64,000 nucleotides of DNA from assembly GCA_973895155.1 (NCBI GenBank), contig OZ316894.1, forward strand, positions 17,700,563 to 17,764,562, read 5' to 3'. The notes below the pieces were generated by a model that saw only the letters and a program-made list of their open reading frames with translations, made no database searches and had not been told where the DNA came from. Source of the stretch: Marsupella aquatica. Its lineage: Eukaryota; Plantae; Marchantiophyta. Positions 1-12,106 of this stretch are shown here, piece after piece (within the stretch, counting starts at the first letter, position 1; every line of letters starts with the position of its first letter). Position numbers and translations under genes: made by a program.

Positions 1-1156
1 ACACTTTCTCTGTGACTCGCAATCACAAATAACTGCTTCAATGTAGTATGGCACAAGTACAAATTGATTTTAAGGATATACCGATTCGTCAGTCCCAGCG
101 TCAGATCATACATCTGCGAGCTCATTTAGTATCTCTACATTGCTCTTTCCAGTGGCATTTGTCTGTGCTATCATACCTATAAAACAGTTCAGCAAAACAA
201 TTAGCTCGTCAAGGAATGACGAGATACCAACTTTACCTATGTAGAAATTTAGTCTTGGATACGGAAGCCATCGAATAGTTTCCACAAACTGAACTGCTCA
301 AAGAAAAAGAAACATGTAAGATGTCCTGGAAGATAGCCCAAGGTTGCACGGCCAGGACTTCATGACACACCTCCTCCACCTACATCCATCTTCGGTACTT
401 CAAAGTGAACCCAAACTTTATAAAGGTACAATCAAGCACACCACTATTTGATACGAAACTGTCAAAAAACTGTCACGTAGACAAGTCGAAGCCAATGTGT
501 TTTCTCAGAGTTCGTAGTGAATCTGAGAATACTCATCAGCAAACAGAATCGCATGAAAAGTGGGCGTACCCGCCTGAGCCACAAATTACAAGACGGTATT
601 TACAGTTTATATATATCTTGGGACGAGAGGATATCCGCTTTCTCTTCCAACGTGTACCTAAGAAACAACGCATTGGTCTTCATCTCCAGTTAAATGTATA
701 CAGGGCCTTTCACCACCCAGACCGAGAGTAGAATGCTCAAAACGATTTCCACGGATAGCCTGAAACTTGGAGATGATTTCGAACTCCGGGATCCGGTAGC
801 CAGCGCTCAGTCGCATTCCTTCGCTACGCAGAACCAAAAATTGGAAACTGTTACACTACTTACAAGTCGGGATGGTTGCATAAGAGGGCCAGGCCTCTCT
901 CTAAAGTATCCATGGGTCAGCAAAATAAAAACTTGAGCCACAGATGTCTAGAAACCCGGTTGATTCTCAGTTGCGCAGATCTATCTACACTACCAACAGA
1001 GGGCGTTGCAGAGGCACTGCTCATATGGGCAGCTTATCTCGTCTGCGTACAGATTCATTCTAACTCTACTGGGAACCTGAAAAACCGTGGAAATGTGTCG
1101 TGACCTTAGCCACAGCAGGATGGTCGGCTCCTCGCGGTGTACACAGAGAGGCTAAT

Positions 1157-2527
1157 TTAATCTTGCCATTTCGCATCCTCTGCGACCAACTTCAAATGCA
1201 CCAACGCTTCCATAAGCTGACTCCATCTCTTCTCCAGCGATCCAGTGAACCCAATTGACATGCGAACCAACCCAGCCGAGACTCCGCCAGTTCGCTGCTC
1301 TTCTTTGCTCAATTCGCTGCTGGTCGTGGTGCCCGAGCAGGACATGAGTGTGTCGTGATACCCTAAGCTGACAGCCATCAGACCGAATTGGGAGAAATTT
1401 TGCAAATGCCGCATGAAATCGTACGCTACTTCGGTGGTCTCCAAATCCACACACAGCATGCCGCCGTACCCGTAGCCTTCGTTTACCAAGTCCTTCATGA
1501 GTTCGTACTGAGGATGCTCTTCCAGGCCAGGATAGATCACCTTCAGGCCGAGTCTCCTCAATCTCCGTGCGTAAACGAGAGCCCTGTCACAATGCTCCTT
1601 CATTCTTATCCCCAAATGAGGCAGCCGCAGGGACACTTGAAACGCAATTTGAGGATTCATCGTGGGCCCAAGGAGCATGAGGGCGCCCTGATGTAGCCCC
1701 ATCATAGAACTGACAAGCTCCGCAGGTCCGCACACGGCCCCCGCGATGATGTCACTGGCTCCACTGATATACTTGGAAATGCTGTGAAGCACAACATCGG
1801 CTCCCAACCGAGCCGGTGAAATGAGGAGCGGTGCGAAAGTGTTATCGACCACAACCGTCACCCCATGCTCGTGTGCAATGCTCGACAGAACGGGAATGTT
1901 AGAAACTGTCAAAGTAGGGTTAGATATGGATTCGAAGTACAGTACTTTCGTGGCAGGAGTGATTGCCGCTCGCAACAAGTCGGGCTTCTCAATATCCACA
2001 AACGTGGTCGTAATTCCGCATTTTCGTGGAAGGAAATGCGCCAACAGAGCGTGAGTTCCACCGTAGAGACGAGATGAGGCCACCACATGGTCCCCGCTAC
2101 TGCAAAGCTGGAGAAGAACACCCGAAATTGCTGCCATCCCACTGGCAGTGCAATAGGCCGCCTCCGTACCTTCCATGCCGGCCATCTGACGACTCAGGTT
2201 CAGCACTGTGGGATTGAAATGGCGACTGTAGATGTAGAAGTCCCGTTCGGGACCCAGCTGGCCCGCGAACATTTTGCTGAGAGTCTCGGGCTCCATCACC
2301 GTGAAGGTCGTTGACGACTCAATGCTCATGTTCACACCTCCGTGCTCCCCAAACTCGTGCCGCACATTTGCCAACCCCTGCACCGGATCTGACCATTTCT
2401 TCACCGAAGCAGGAATTGCAAGCGCTTCCTTCCCGAGTTCCTTCAAATTCTCATCCACCTCTTTCTCTGTTCGCGCTTTCTTGCACGGCACAGTAATGTC
2501 GTCCCACTTGTGAACTGTCTCAGCCAT
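1157..2527 (-). CDS. MGL: Methionine gamma-lyase (Cys/Met metabolism PLP-dependent enzyme), intronless CDS, ~456 aa
   Basis: The ORF track opens at a TTG (2578); the first ATG is at 2527 (MAETVHKW). Motifs: EFGEHGGVNMSIE, YSRHFNPTV, ASGMAAI, DNTF, PLP-lysine HSISKYISG, SLGY and GLVRMSIG, typical of plant MGL within the cystathionine gamma-lyase family. Confidence 0.93.
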   Translation of the reverse strand: MAETVHKWDDITVPCKKARTEKEVDENLKELGKEALAIPASVKKWSDPVQGLANVRHEFGEHGGVNMSIESSTTFTVMEPETLSKMFAGQLGPERDFYIYSRHFNPTVLNLSRQMAGMEGTEAAYCTASGMAAISGVLLQLCSSGDHVVASSRLYGGTHALLAHFLPRKCGITTTFVDIEKPDLLRAAITPATKVLYFESISNPTLTVSNIPVLSSIAHEHGVTVVVDNTFAPLLISPARLGADVVLHSISKYISGASDIIAGAVCGPAELVSSMMGLHQGALMLLGPTMNPQIAFQVSLRLPHLGIRMKEHCDRALVYARRLRRLGLKVIYPGLEEHPQYELMKDLVNEGYGYGGMLCVDLETTEVAYDFMRHLQNFSQFGLMAVSLGYHDTLMSCSGTTTSSELSKEEQRTGGVSAGLVRMSIGFTGSLEKRWSQLMEALVHLKLVAEDAKWQD

Positions 2528-4140
2528 ATCTAAAACAGCCAAATTCGCCTCTCTCCCCACTCCAACCAACGAACCCAAATCTCCTCACCCCGAAATCACA
2601 ATTTCCAATCTACCCCGTAGCTCTAGCACTGAACTCCCTCGTGTCTCGCTGTATCATCCCACCTCTCTCTCTCGAGCCTCGCTTTCTTTCTCGCTCCCTC
2701 AATCTCCGCCTCATTCCTTCAATAACCATCCGCTCCACGACGACTTATACCTTTTGCGCCCGAGTCGTTCCTCTTTAAATTCTTTCTGCTTCGACGCACA
2801 TTCCTTCTACCTCATCATTACAGCAAGCTGTTCGACTCTTCCTAACTCTTCCAGTCTTCCAGACTTCCAGACTTCCAGGCTTCCTGCTCGATTGCGGCCC
2901 GACTCCCATCCCCTCCGCAGCAATGCTCGGGACAGACTGACGACGGACGAGTCAGCACCTGCCAAATGCGCTTAGGCATGTAAGTTACATTTGCACACAC
3001 AATCGCACACGGACACCACCACGCAACGACGACGCGCGCGTCGACGACCATCTCTCATTGTTCGCCTCTGTCTCGTGTCTCTACGTACTGTAGTCCTCTG
3101 CCTCTCTCTCAATACCTCCTCTGCGATGCGTGCTCCTCCCCTTTCTCCCCTGTCCCTCCCCTGTCCCTCCCCTTGTCTCCTCTCATGTCCGGATGAGAAA
3201 AAGAGTAAGTCCTTCACTCCCTAAGAGTCGGCCCTCGCTAAGTGCAACCTTGGTAACTGCGATCAGTGCATATAGGATAATGGCAGTCTGGTCTGGTTTG
3301 GGCTTTCTAGCCTCTAACCCTATGACTAGACAGTGAGTAAAACCTGATCAGCAACATAGAGAAGTTTTTGTGAGCTTTTCTTGGAGCATATTCAGTCTCG
3401 AACCCTTTCCTAAAGCTTCACTATAATATGTAATTATTGTCCGGAAAAAAGTTTACTTCCAGGCAAGAGATTATGGGAGTAGCAAGGACCTCTAAAAATG
3501 ATTACATACAGGTAACCTGCATTCCGTACAGGAGTTATGGTATCAGATGTGTAGGGTTCTTCTTCGGTCCCTCTTCTGTCTCCTCTCTTGTCCTAATGAG
3601 AAACAGAGGACACGCCAAACTCCCTAACACTTGGCTCTTGCTAAGTGTGTTCCCGTGATAAGTGTAAGGTAAGAGATGTGTAGGGTAACTCATGGCCTGG
3701 AGGGGGTTGTGGGCTGTAATCTTTGAGGGCGGTGAGGCTAGAGGGGATCAAAACTCAACCCCCACTCATTTTTTGCGTAAATACTAACTTTGAGACTCAA
3801 CAAGGCTGGCTGGAGACTAAGAGACTTACTGCTGGGGACCTCCATCAAAACTACAAAGAAGAAAGAGACAATGGGGTTACCTATACTGCTTTCTCTTTAG
3901 GCCACCCCTATTTCAAGATGTCTCCAAATTCCTTGCTGAATGTGATATTAATGCTGTCATTTACTGTTCAAACACAAATTGACCCCCAAAAAGCACTTAC
4001 TGATAAAGGGCAACCTTGTGTCAATTTGTGTGCCATAATTGTAGTTATTATTGAGGAAAGAAATAAGAACCCCCAATTTCAAACACCTTGGTTGATGGCT
4101 GAAATTCTTCACAAGCGCAACAAAAATACTTGCATGTATT

Positions 4141-4605
4141 AATAACACAAAAGACCCTAAAACATTCTGCAAGTAAAACTTCCACTAATCAATAACGCAA
4201 CAGATCCTGCAATTATCCTGCTACAATTGCTATATTTGCAGTCTATTGCAGTCTATTGCAAGGGACCCTATAATTGTTTTCCCAAGTACAACTTGCACTT
4301 ACCGATAACATGAAAGACCCTGCAATTAAACAATAACGCGAAAGACCTAAGTAAAAATTCGCACTGATCAATAACGCGAAAGACCCTACACTTAAACTTC
4401 CAAGTAATACTTGCACTAATGAATAACGCAAAACCCCCTGCGATTAATTTTCCAAGTGAAACCTAATCAATGACACAAGAGGCCCTACAATTGTTTTTTG
4501 AAGTACAACTCGCACTTACCAACAACGCAAACGAACCTACAATTAATTTTCCAAGTAAAATTAATTCACACTGATCAATAACGCACAAGACCTTACAATT
4601 AATAA
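4141..4605. repeat. Degenerate minisatellite, unit roughly 50-65 bp
   Basis: A core like aataacgcaaaagaccctacaattaattttccaagtaaaacttgcactaatc recurs several times with substitutions. Confidence 0.7.
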
Positions 4606-5187
4606 CTCCACCTCACTTATCGAGATTTGGGAGTACTCGACAAAGAATACTCCAGAGGGATTGCAGTTCATGAGGGTGACACTCATCAAAATTTCGAAGT
4701 ACTCGATGAAGGCAAGAAACACTCCTGAGGGATTGCAGTTCGTGAGGGCGACTGTATACCTGTCCCGTTTCGTTCTGTTCTGTTCCCGGGTGCATGTACC
4801 CGGGAAGTGCGTGTACCTGCGAACTGTCCCATCCCGTCCGTCAGTCTGTGAAGTACACTTGAGAGTTGCGACTTGAGTCCCTTCCGGCTGTGGTTCTGAG
4901 GGCCCGTGCACTGCGGCGGGCGAGAAGGAGGCGGGGACCGTGGTTAGGCTGGCGGCCCCAAGGGCCAATCAAAGCGACAGTCCACCAAGGGAGCCACAAA
5001 GCGGTCTGCTGTCGTCGTCCGTGTCATAATGGGCCCGGCATGGACGGGATCGGACTACTCCTGTCTAGTCCGTCCCTAGCAGTGTAATCTTTGTAAGTTT
5101 TCCCTTTTTTTCCTTGATTGGGTTTCTTGTTTGAGTGATTTGTCTCTCGGTTTGGGTGCTTTTTGTTTTTTTGCAGTTTGCTATATA

Positions 5188-5420
5188 CTCTTTCCGCCAG
5201 TGTGACGAATGTCAGCTTGTGCAGAGAAAAAGATGCTAGTAAGATTATTTATCTGATTTTACTCAATTCTACTGCTACCGTTAGATCTTCCTCAGTTTAA
5301 GGATGGCTGTCAGATTCTGGCTAATGGGGCCTGTGACTAAATTGGAAACTGGCTAGGACGAAGAAGACCTTGTGAATTTTTCCAAAATGGCCAAAATATT
5401 TTGGAGAGGTGGAATCTAGC
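5188..5420 (+). repeat. Dispersed ~270-bp repeat family, copy (fragments continue to ~6120)
   Basis: Shares blocks (cgccag..gaatgtc, aagatgcta, agatct(c/t)cc..tttaaggat, cagattctggctaatgg, tttggagaggtg) with 29021-29286, 10783-11100 and the reverse complement of 6825-7099. Confidence 0.65.
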
Positions 5421-6824
5421 AGCCAAGGCTATAAAAATAACACTGGTCCAAGTCCTCATAGGGTAAGTTGGGTGGTTTTGTATTTCTTCCTTTTTTGCGA
5501 GGGGGGGTAATGTGACCTTGTGTGAAGGAGAATTGCTGAGAAGATGTCTCGTCTATTTTATGACAGTTAGGTCTCCCTAGATTTTAAGGATCTCTATGAC
5601 TCCTGGTATGAAAGGTCTCTTGTTCATGTGGGGCAGAGTCATTGGCCAATGTCACCGAGCTGATGAAGATGCTAGAAATAGGTTTTTTTTTAATAATTGG
5701 TAGATTGTTTTGGACTGTTGTATCTCCCTAGATTTAAGGATAACTATCAAGGTCTGGCTAATGGAGTCTGTGGTTGGGTAATTGTTAAGGGTTTTTTTTT
5801 CGTACGGCCTCACATGTCAGCTTCTGTGAAAGAAGTGGCTGGGTCATTTTTTGATTTTTCTTTTTCTCTCCAAGGCCACATGTCACTTTGTGTGAAGGAG
5901 AAGGTGCTAGTAATATTCCTTATCTAATCCCACTACAGTGACATCTAACTGGTAGATCTCATCAAATTTAAGGATCTTTATCTTGCATTTCAATCACAAG
6001 TCCTCCTTAAAAGGCCTCATTCATACGGAAGGGTAATTTTTAAGGCTTTTCCTTCACCAGTGGAACCGTGTGTGAAAAAGAAGATGTTAAGAATATTCCT
6101 CATCTAATTTTACTAACTCTATCAAACAGAACTAGTAGAGGTGATTCTTCATTGCTTTGTTGTTTACAAGTGGAAATACTAAGTGAACAGCACGGAGAAC
6201 ACCATCTTGTAGGGAATAGATCATGTGGTCCCAATACCCACTTTAACTTTAGAAAATGTTTAACCTCCTTCTACCTGATTATGGGCATTTAGGATGACCA
6301 AGAAACGTTCCATGTAATTGGACTGATCTACGCATCAACAATGACAGAAACACGGGAAACCTGGAGTATCATCTAAACTAGCATTTTATGTAACAGAGGA
6401 ATTAGATTACATTAGATTAGATAAAAAATAAAAATAATAAAAAATAGATGAGATCCGATTATTAGATTAGATAGATAGAAATGTTTGTAAGTTGCATTTT
6501 ATCATATTTAGTCTTGCGTCCAGTCAAGATTCATCCTGCCCGAGCTGCTGACTTTGGTACTTTCAAATGTCAGTGCTCTATGAATTTCTAGTTTCTTTAA
6601 TCGACTTTGTCGCTTTCAAATGTCAGTGTCCTTTATCGATTTTCCCTTTCTTTAATGTTCTTCATGAGTCTACAGTCGAGCTCATACCATGCAATCTTGG
6701 GGAGTGGAAAAGGAAGAATCACTTTGGATTGAATTGAGATATATATATATATATGTTCTGCCAAGCCAAAGAAGAAAAAGGGCCAAACAGGTAAATAGGA
6801 TCCTAGAGGTCAGAGCAGCTTTTT

Positions 6825-7099
6825 CCTTAGTGTCAAAAATTTGCCAAATTTCACCTCCCCAAAAAGCTTTCACCATTTTTGGCAGAAATTAGCTAGTATA
6901 TTTCTGTTTCATTAGCCAGTGTCCCACCTAATCATGGGTCCCATTAGCCAGAATCTAACGGTAGTCCTCAAATCTAGGGAGATCTGACAATCAGGAAAAT
7001 TATCAGCTAATGAATTTTTTGTAGCAACTTCTCCTTCACGCACTGGACGTATTCTCCACTCTGGCCAAAAAGTAAAAACCTTGAAAAAATAAGTTGTGC
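6825..7099 (-). repeat. Dispersed ~270-bp repeat family, inverted copy
   Basis: The reverse complement aligns along its length with 29021-29286 (e.g. ttagtgtcaaaaatttgccaaatttcacctccccaaaaagc vs gctttttggggaggtgtaatttggcgaattttcgacactaa). Confidence 0.75.
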
Positions 7100-8864
7100 C
7101 AGAAACCAAATAAAGGGGAGCATACAAGGAGAAAACCCCACGAAACAGAAAGAGCCAAAAAGCAGGGGAGTCCCCGACAACTGCAAAAGAGCTACGCGGG
7201 AAACTGAAAAGAAAAGCCCATCAAAGTTCCAGAGTCAACACTTGATACCATGAGGAGCAGCTAAGAAAAATATATCATACTCATGGGGGGGGATTTCTTG
7301 CTCACCATGCAGCATTGTCTGAGGCACATGCCTCCTAAAGGTCTGGAAAGGTGAGGGGACAAGCCTGACTTGTTTTGGGGAAAAGGTCACCCTGTTGGGA
7401 ATGTCTACTATAACAAGATGGTCCAAGCAAGTAAGTGGCCGATGAACATTCTGTCGTTGTAGCCCTGGTGGGACTATCACTTGATCTCCAAACCCCAGAG
7501 GTAAAGCACTTCTGACCAGTCACCACCCTGTCACCACATGGCTAAGAAGAAGGTGTTTTCAATGAGGTGAAATTGATAAGTATAGGCCATCGCATGACTA
7601 ATGGCTATCTCAAGCATGACAATCTCAAAAACTCAAATGGGAGTTGCTGCTATAACCAAGTTTTAAAAAACCTGAGATAGCTTTTGAACAGGATGTAGAA
7701 CTGGCAACTCCAAATGTTATGGGGTTGGGTTACCCTAAGGAGTAAGTATATATCAAGTCTGATGACACACTTTTCTAGTGTAAGTAATTGTCATGGTCAA
7801 GTAAAACTCAGCCCCAAACCTTACTGGATTTACCTTGTGTAAACAAACCCACATTTGGACCTACCGTCTGATTTGAGTTGGGTCATTGGGATTGAAACTT
7901 GAGAGAGGGACAGGCCAGCCATGTTCAGTGTAGGGCTCGCTCAAAAAGTGGGAAAGAGCCAGCCGGGTGAGGGTAAACTCGGTCAGGGTAAGGTGGAGCC
8001 AATAGCCCTTCCATTTTTCAATCCACGGTTGAGAAGTCACCTGAGGTTAACTAAACAGTGGAAGTAACTCATTTTTTACAGAATGGGGGCAACCTAGCCA
8101 TTAAAATAATTTTGGGGGTAAATTAATAATTTAGCTCAGTTTGGGTGGACAGGATAGTAAAAGCTGAAACTCCTATTGCCTCCCAAATCCAGTTCCAGTA
8201 ACCAAAAACCCAGTGTTGTAAATATCTAAGAACATTCCAGTGAAGGGTTAGACATGACTATTTGAACTTAAGTTACTGGTTTACCAACACCCAGTTTGCA
8301 TAAGGCTTGTCAGTAAGAGGTGGAGATGCCCTTGAACTGGTTAAACTGCCATTGTCCCCAAAGCAAAACTTGGTGCATACAGGTCACCATCATTAGTCAC
8401 AAATGTCCTTAGCAAAATTTAAAAAACCCGGGCAAAGAGTGACTATTCTGTCCTCCCAAAGCCTCTGGGACACTGGCAGTTTAACCAGTTTAACGGAGAT
8501 CCTTCTTCGACACTAAATGCTACACCCATCAAGAGGACCAGCTGCAAGACAGGTGCCCTGAAATGCATTCCCATAGCAATAAACAAAAGACTCCATCTCC
8601 TTCTTTTCTTGTCCCCCTTTGCTCGGAGCTGCTTGTTTTCACACATCCCCTCTGCGAGATGCCTTACATGGTTTCCATCTTGTATTCAAGAATTATCACC
8701 TGCTCCCTCTTTGACATTCCTCAATTCTCATAAAGGGAATTTCCAACATTCTGAGACGAAGGAGAACAACTATGTAGTGACAGATTTTGCACCTGCACTC
8801 CGAACTTTCATTCTTGTTGTCTCTGGCTGACATCATTTCATTCTCTTGTAAATACTTTGACGCA

Positions 8865-9180
8865 TGTTTCCATCATTCTCCTGTAAAAGTTGTGCACGTG
8901 CCTTCAGCATTTTCGTCCCTGCTCTTCCTGGTTTGACATGTTTTTATCATTCATTCTAATGTAAGAGCTTTAGACGCAATCATTCTCTTCTAAAAGTTTT
9001 GCACCTGCCTCCTTTAGTACGTTCGTTCATGTTCTCTCTGGTTTACATGTTTTCAGCTCTCTCTTGAAAGAACTCTGACGCATATTTCCATCATTCTCCT
9101 CTAAAGTGTTGCACCTCCCCTCAAAACTTTCTTTGGTCGAAATGTTTCCATCATTCATATTCTCTTGTAAGAACTCTCTC
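8865..9180. repeat. Degenerate tandem repeat
   Basis: tttccatcattctcct(g/c)taaa(a)gt..tgcac and atcattcattct..tgtaag units recur several times. Confidence 0.55.
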
Positions 9181-10299
9181 GCTCGGATTGTGGGATTCCA
9201 TATCTCAGTCCAGCACGATTCAGATTGCATCTTGTCCTTTGTGAAATTCTGCAGGATCTAGCATTGTAGGTCCTTAATTGGAATTGTCTTCTATCCGTTT
9301 TGTTTCTTTGCAATCTCAAGGAATGATGATGTGCTGAACTGTGGTAGGTCTAATTGTAGATGCTGCAAATCCAGTAATGTGATCGTTCAGACACGTATGT
9401 TCAAAAAGTACCTTTTCAAATTTAATTAATGGCAATACTTTTTTAAACAGTGATTGATCAGCCTTTTTGAACAGTGATCGGTCTTGAAAGGATCTGTGAA
9501 AAGTTTTGTCATCAATTACGATGACTCTGCTCTTAGCTCTTAAAAAGCCCATTGTCTCATAGCCATGTCAGCTATCTTCACGCGTCAGTGCACCCCATCT
9601 TTCTTTTCAGCGGCGTGGGAAAATTGATCACATTGTAGATACAGAAAGCGCAATGACAGGGGAAGGCGATCCACCAGATTCATCTTACTTTCATACAGTG
9701 CGGAGAAATCCAAACCACAGTGGCGCTTCCTTCTCCTTCCATCCGAGCTGTGAGGTTGAAAATCACGCCACGATGACGTTCACGCATCTTTCTGCTCATG
9801 AAACGGCACCAATCTGCCATCAAATGAGTGGGTTGTTGTCTCCTCAACCCAAAAACTCTGCAGGAAAACAGTGCCCTAGGGACTCTAGACCTGCCCATTT
9901 TTTATTTTTTTAGATCTAGGAAGTGCTGTAGCTATGGTGGCAACACCTCAGCTCCCTGGGTACGGGAACTACTGTATATTTCTGGGCAACCCGTTTTCAC
10001 CCTGATTTCCTTTACACTAGCCTGAGTGCCCATTATTTGTCTTAAAATAGAGGTGAGAACAATAATGTGACAACATTCAAGCCCCTGGCCTCATTTTCAT
10101 AGTTACAATCTTCGTTTTACACTTGCATCATGGTCTAGATACGTCACTGCAGACTGTAAGCAGTTTTCCACTTGCACCCCCAATTTCAGTTTTCCCCATA
10201 ATCATGGTCTAGGGGTATCTCATGGTCTAGGGGCATCACTGTAGACTGGAGGCCCTAGAATAGTAGCTTTCTATTGCAATTATATATATATATATATAT

Positions 10300-10495
10300 A
10301 TATTTCCTTTGGACTAGCCTGAGTGCCTGGTCTTTGAACATAAATAGAGGTGAGAACTCAATATATAGTTAGATTTCCTTTGCACTAGCCTGATTGTCTG
10401 GTCTTTGAACATTAAATAGAGGTGAGGACACAATTATATAGTTAGATTTCCTTTGTACTAGCCTGAATGCCTGGTTTTTGAACATAAATAGAGAT
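10300..10495. repeat. Tandem repeat, three ~72-bp units (plus a detached unit at ~10005-10060)
   Basis: atttcctttg.actagcctga.tg.ctggt.tttgaacat.aatagag repeats at ~10302, ~10373 and ~10446. Confidence 0.8.
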
Positions 10496-10782
10496 GAAGA
10501 CCTACCTTCAAGCCGGCTGCACCAATCTTGGAGATTCACCTAATCACCAGTCCGTAATCCCCATTGTAAACTTGCACCTGGAACTTCAATTATGCCCCCA
10601 AAGTCACCATCCAGAGGGTTCACTATAGACTGCAGACCCTGAAGTTTTTTATTACAATTATGTACTAGTTAGATTAGATTAGATTAGATTAGATTAGACA
10701 TGCCCCAAAGTCATTATGGTGGAGAGTCCAACTCCTTGTACAGATTGGTGTCATACAATCCAGGAATTTTTTAGGCTTTTCC

Positions 10783-11100
10783 TTTTTTGCCAGAGTGGCA
10801 AATGTCACCTTATGTGAAGTAATTCTAAGAATATAATTACTTTCTTTTGCCTTTGGGCCTGCTTGTTCCCCCATCAGTGGGGTTCACTCGGAATAAACAT
10901 ATATTAAATATAAATAAATATATATATATATATAATTACTTATCTAATTTTCTTAGATTGGTTTCTGACCTTTAGATCCCCTTTAGATCTCCCTACATCT
11001 AAGGATAACCATCAGATTCTGGCTAGTGCAGTCTGTGGCTAGCTAGGAAACTGGCTGAAGACAAAAAGATGTGGCTAATCTTTGCCAAAAGTCAGAATTT
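10783..11100 (+). repeat. Dispersed ~270-bp repeat family, interrupted copy
   Basis: tttgccagagtggcaaatgtcaccttatgtgaag and ttagatctccctacatctaaggataaccatcagattctggctagtg match the blocks at 5188 and 29051. Confidence 0.55.
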
Positions 11101-11671
11101 GGTGAATCATGGAATTCCTGATCAAAGCCCATAGCCTTATAACACAAACTTGTTCACTGAACCCATTGTACAAGTTGCTTGATCTCCCTACTAGTCTTAG
11201 CAAAGCAAGGTAGAAAAGAACCATTTTATTTTTATCCATTTGCCCTCCCTTCAAAAAGTGAAAAATGCCTCTTTTGTCAATTTTGATACGTTTGATTATA
11301 TATATTTATATCCTGAGAAGTGAAAGCACTATATGGGGCCCTGTATGCATCTTAGAATGCATGGGATGTAAATGCTTGATAGTGCTATTTGGATGGACAC
11401 AGAAACTTTGTGTCACAGGACTCTTGGAAATATAGCTTGTTCATCCTTGAACATCTTCAGTTTTTGTTTATAGTTGAATCTTACAATGCCATGATCTGGA
11501 TGTGCAAGAGGTTATATACACAGTAACCAAGGGAACCCAAAAGGGAACCCAATTCCTTTGAATCCGAACATAGGATGACAGGTGTATGGCAGGTATGCAC
11601 TGAAAACCAACTATTACCTGTGAAATGGGTTAACATGTTATGTTTGGCACATATTTGCAAAACATGCTATC

Positions 11672-12092
11672 TGTTGGGTATTTACTCTTACGTCTAGGTT
11701 AGGTATGACGTGGTTGGTACAACAACGTGGGTTGGTACAACTACGTGGTTAGGTACAACTACGTGATTAGGTACAACTATGTGGTTAGGTACAACTACGT
11801 GATTAGGTACAACTATGTGGTTAGGTACAACTAAGTTGCACACTATATCATAAGAGGCATGTGTGCTTGGAGAGGTAGAACCAAGGCTCATTGTTATGGA
11901 GCCACTTGAGAGATAGGGAGAGCTTACACTGTGGAGACTCGGTATAGCCGACGAGCTTAGAGTTCAGTAAAGCTCTCTTGTGTGTTCCCGTGGACGTAGC
12001 CTCAAGGAGGTGAACCACGTATCTCTTGTGTCGACTATTGTGCGTTGGATGGTTCATGGGCTTGCCGTTGCGATCGTCGTCTATGCTCAACA
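11672..12092 (+). repeat. 5' LTR of the copia element (421 bp)
   Basis: Starts TGTTGGG and ends CTCAACA. Matches 17747-18167 except one substitution seen by eye (A11954 vs G18029). Confidence 0.97.
11696..11833 (+). promoter_or_regulatory. LTR U3 18-bp tandem array with MYB AC-type and ACGT motifs (also at 17771-17908)
   Basis: Seven ggtacaac cores at 18-bp spacing (11716-11824), consensus (A/T)ACGTGGTTAGGTACAAC. GGTTAGGT/GGTTGGT are the reverse of the AC elements ACCTAAC/ACCAACC. Confidence 0.6.
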
Positions 12093-12094
12093 AT

Positions 12095-12106
12095 TGGTAT
12101 CAGAGC
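12095..12106 (+). other. Primer-binding site complementary to the 3' end of initiator tRNA-Met
   Basis: TGGTATCAGAGC lies 2 nt after the 5' LTR end. Confidence 0.95.

Noticed and set aside
2842-3051. Cys-rich 69-aa ORF upstream of MGL as a sulfur-sensing uORF
   Set aside because: It probably lies upstream of TATA-like sites at ~2745-2780, and several cysteines derive from TG-rich sequence.
4141-10495. Spaced repeats resembling a CRISPR array (4141-4605, 10300-10495)
   Set aside because: The units are degenerate, have no unique spacers and no cas genes nearby, and the context is eukaryotic.
11694-11891. Antisense ORF with VVPNH repeats (duplicated at 17769-17966)
   Set aside because: It is only the translation of the 18-bp LTR tandem array, with no independent coding evidence.
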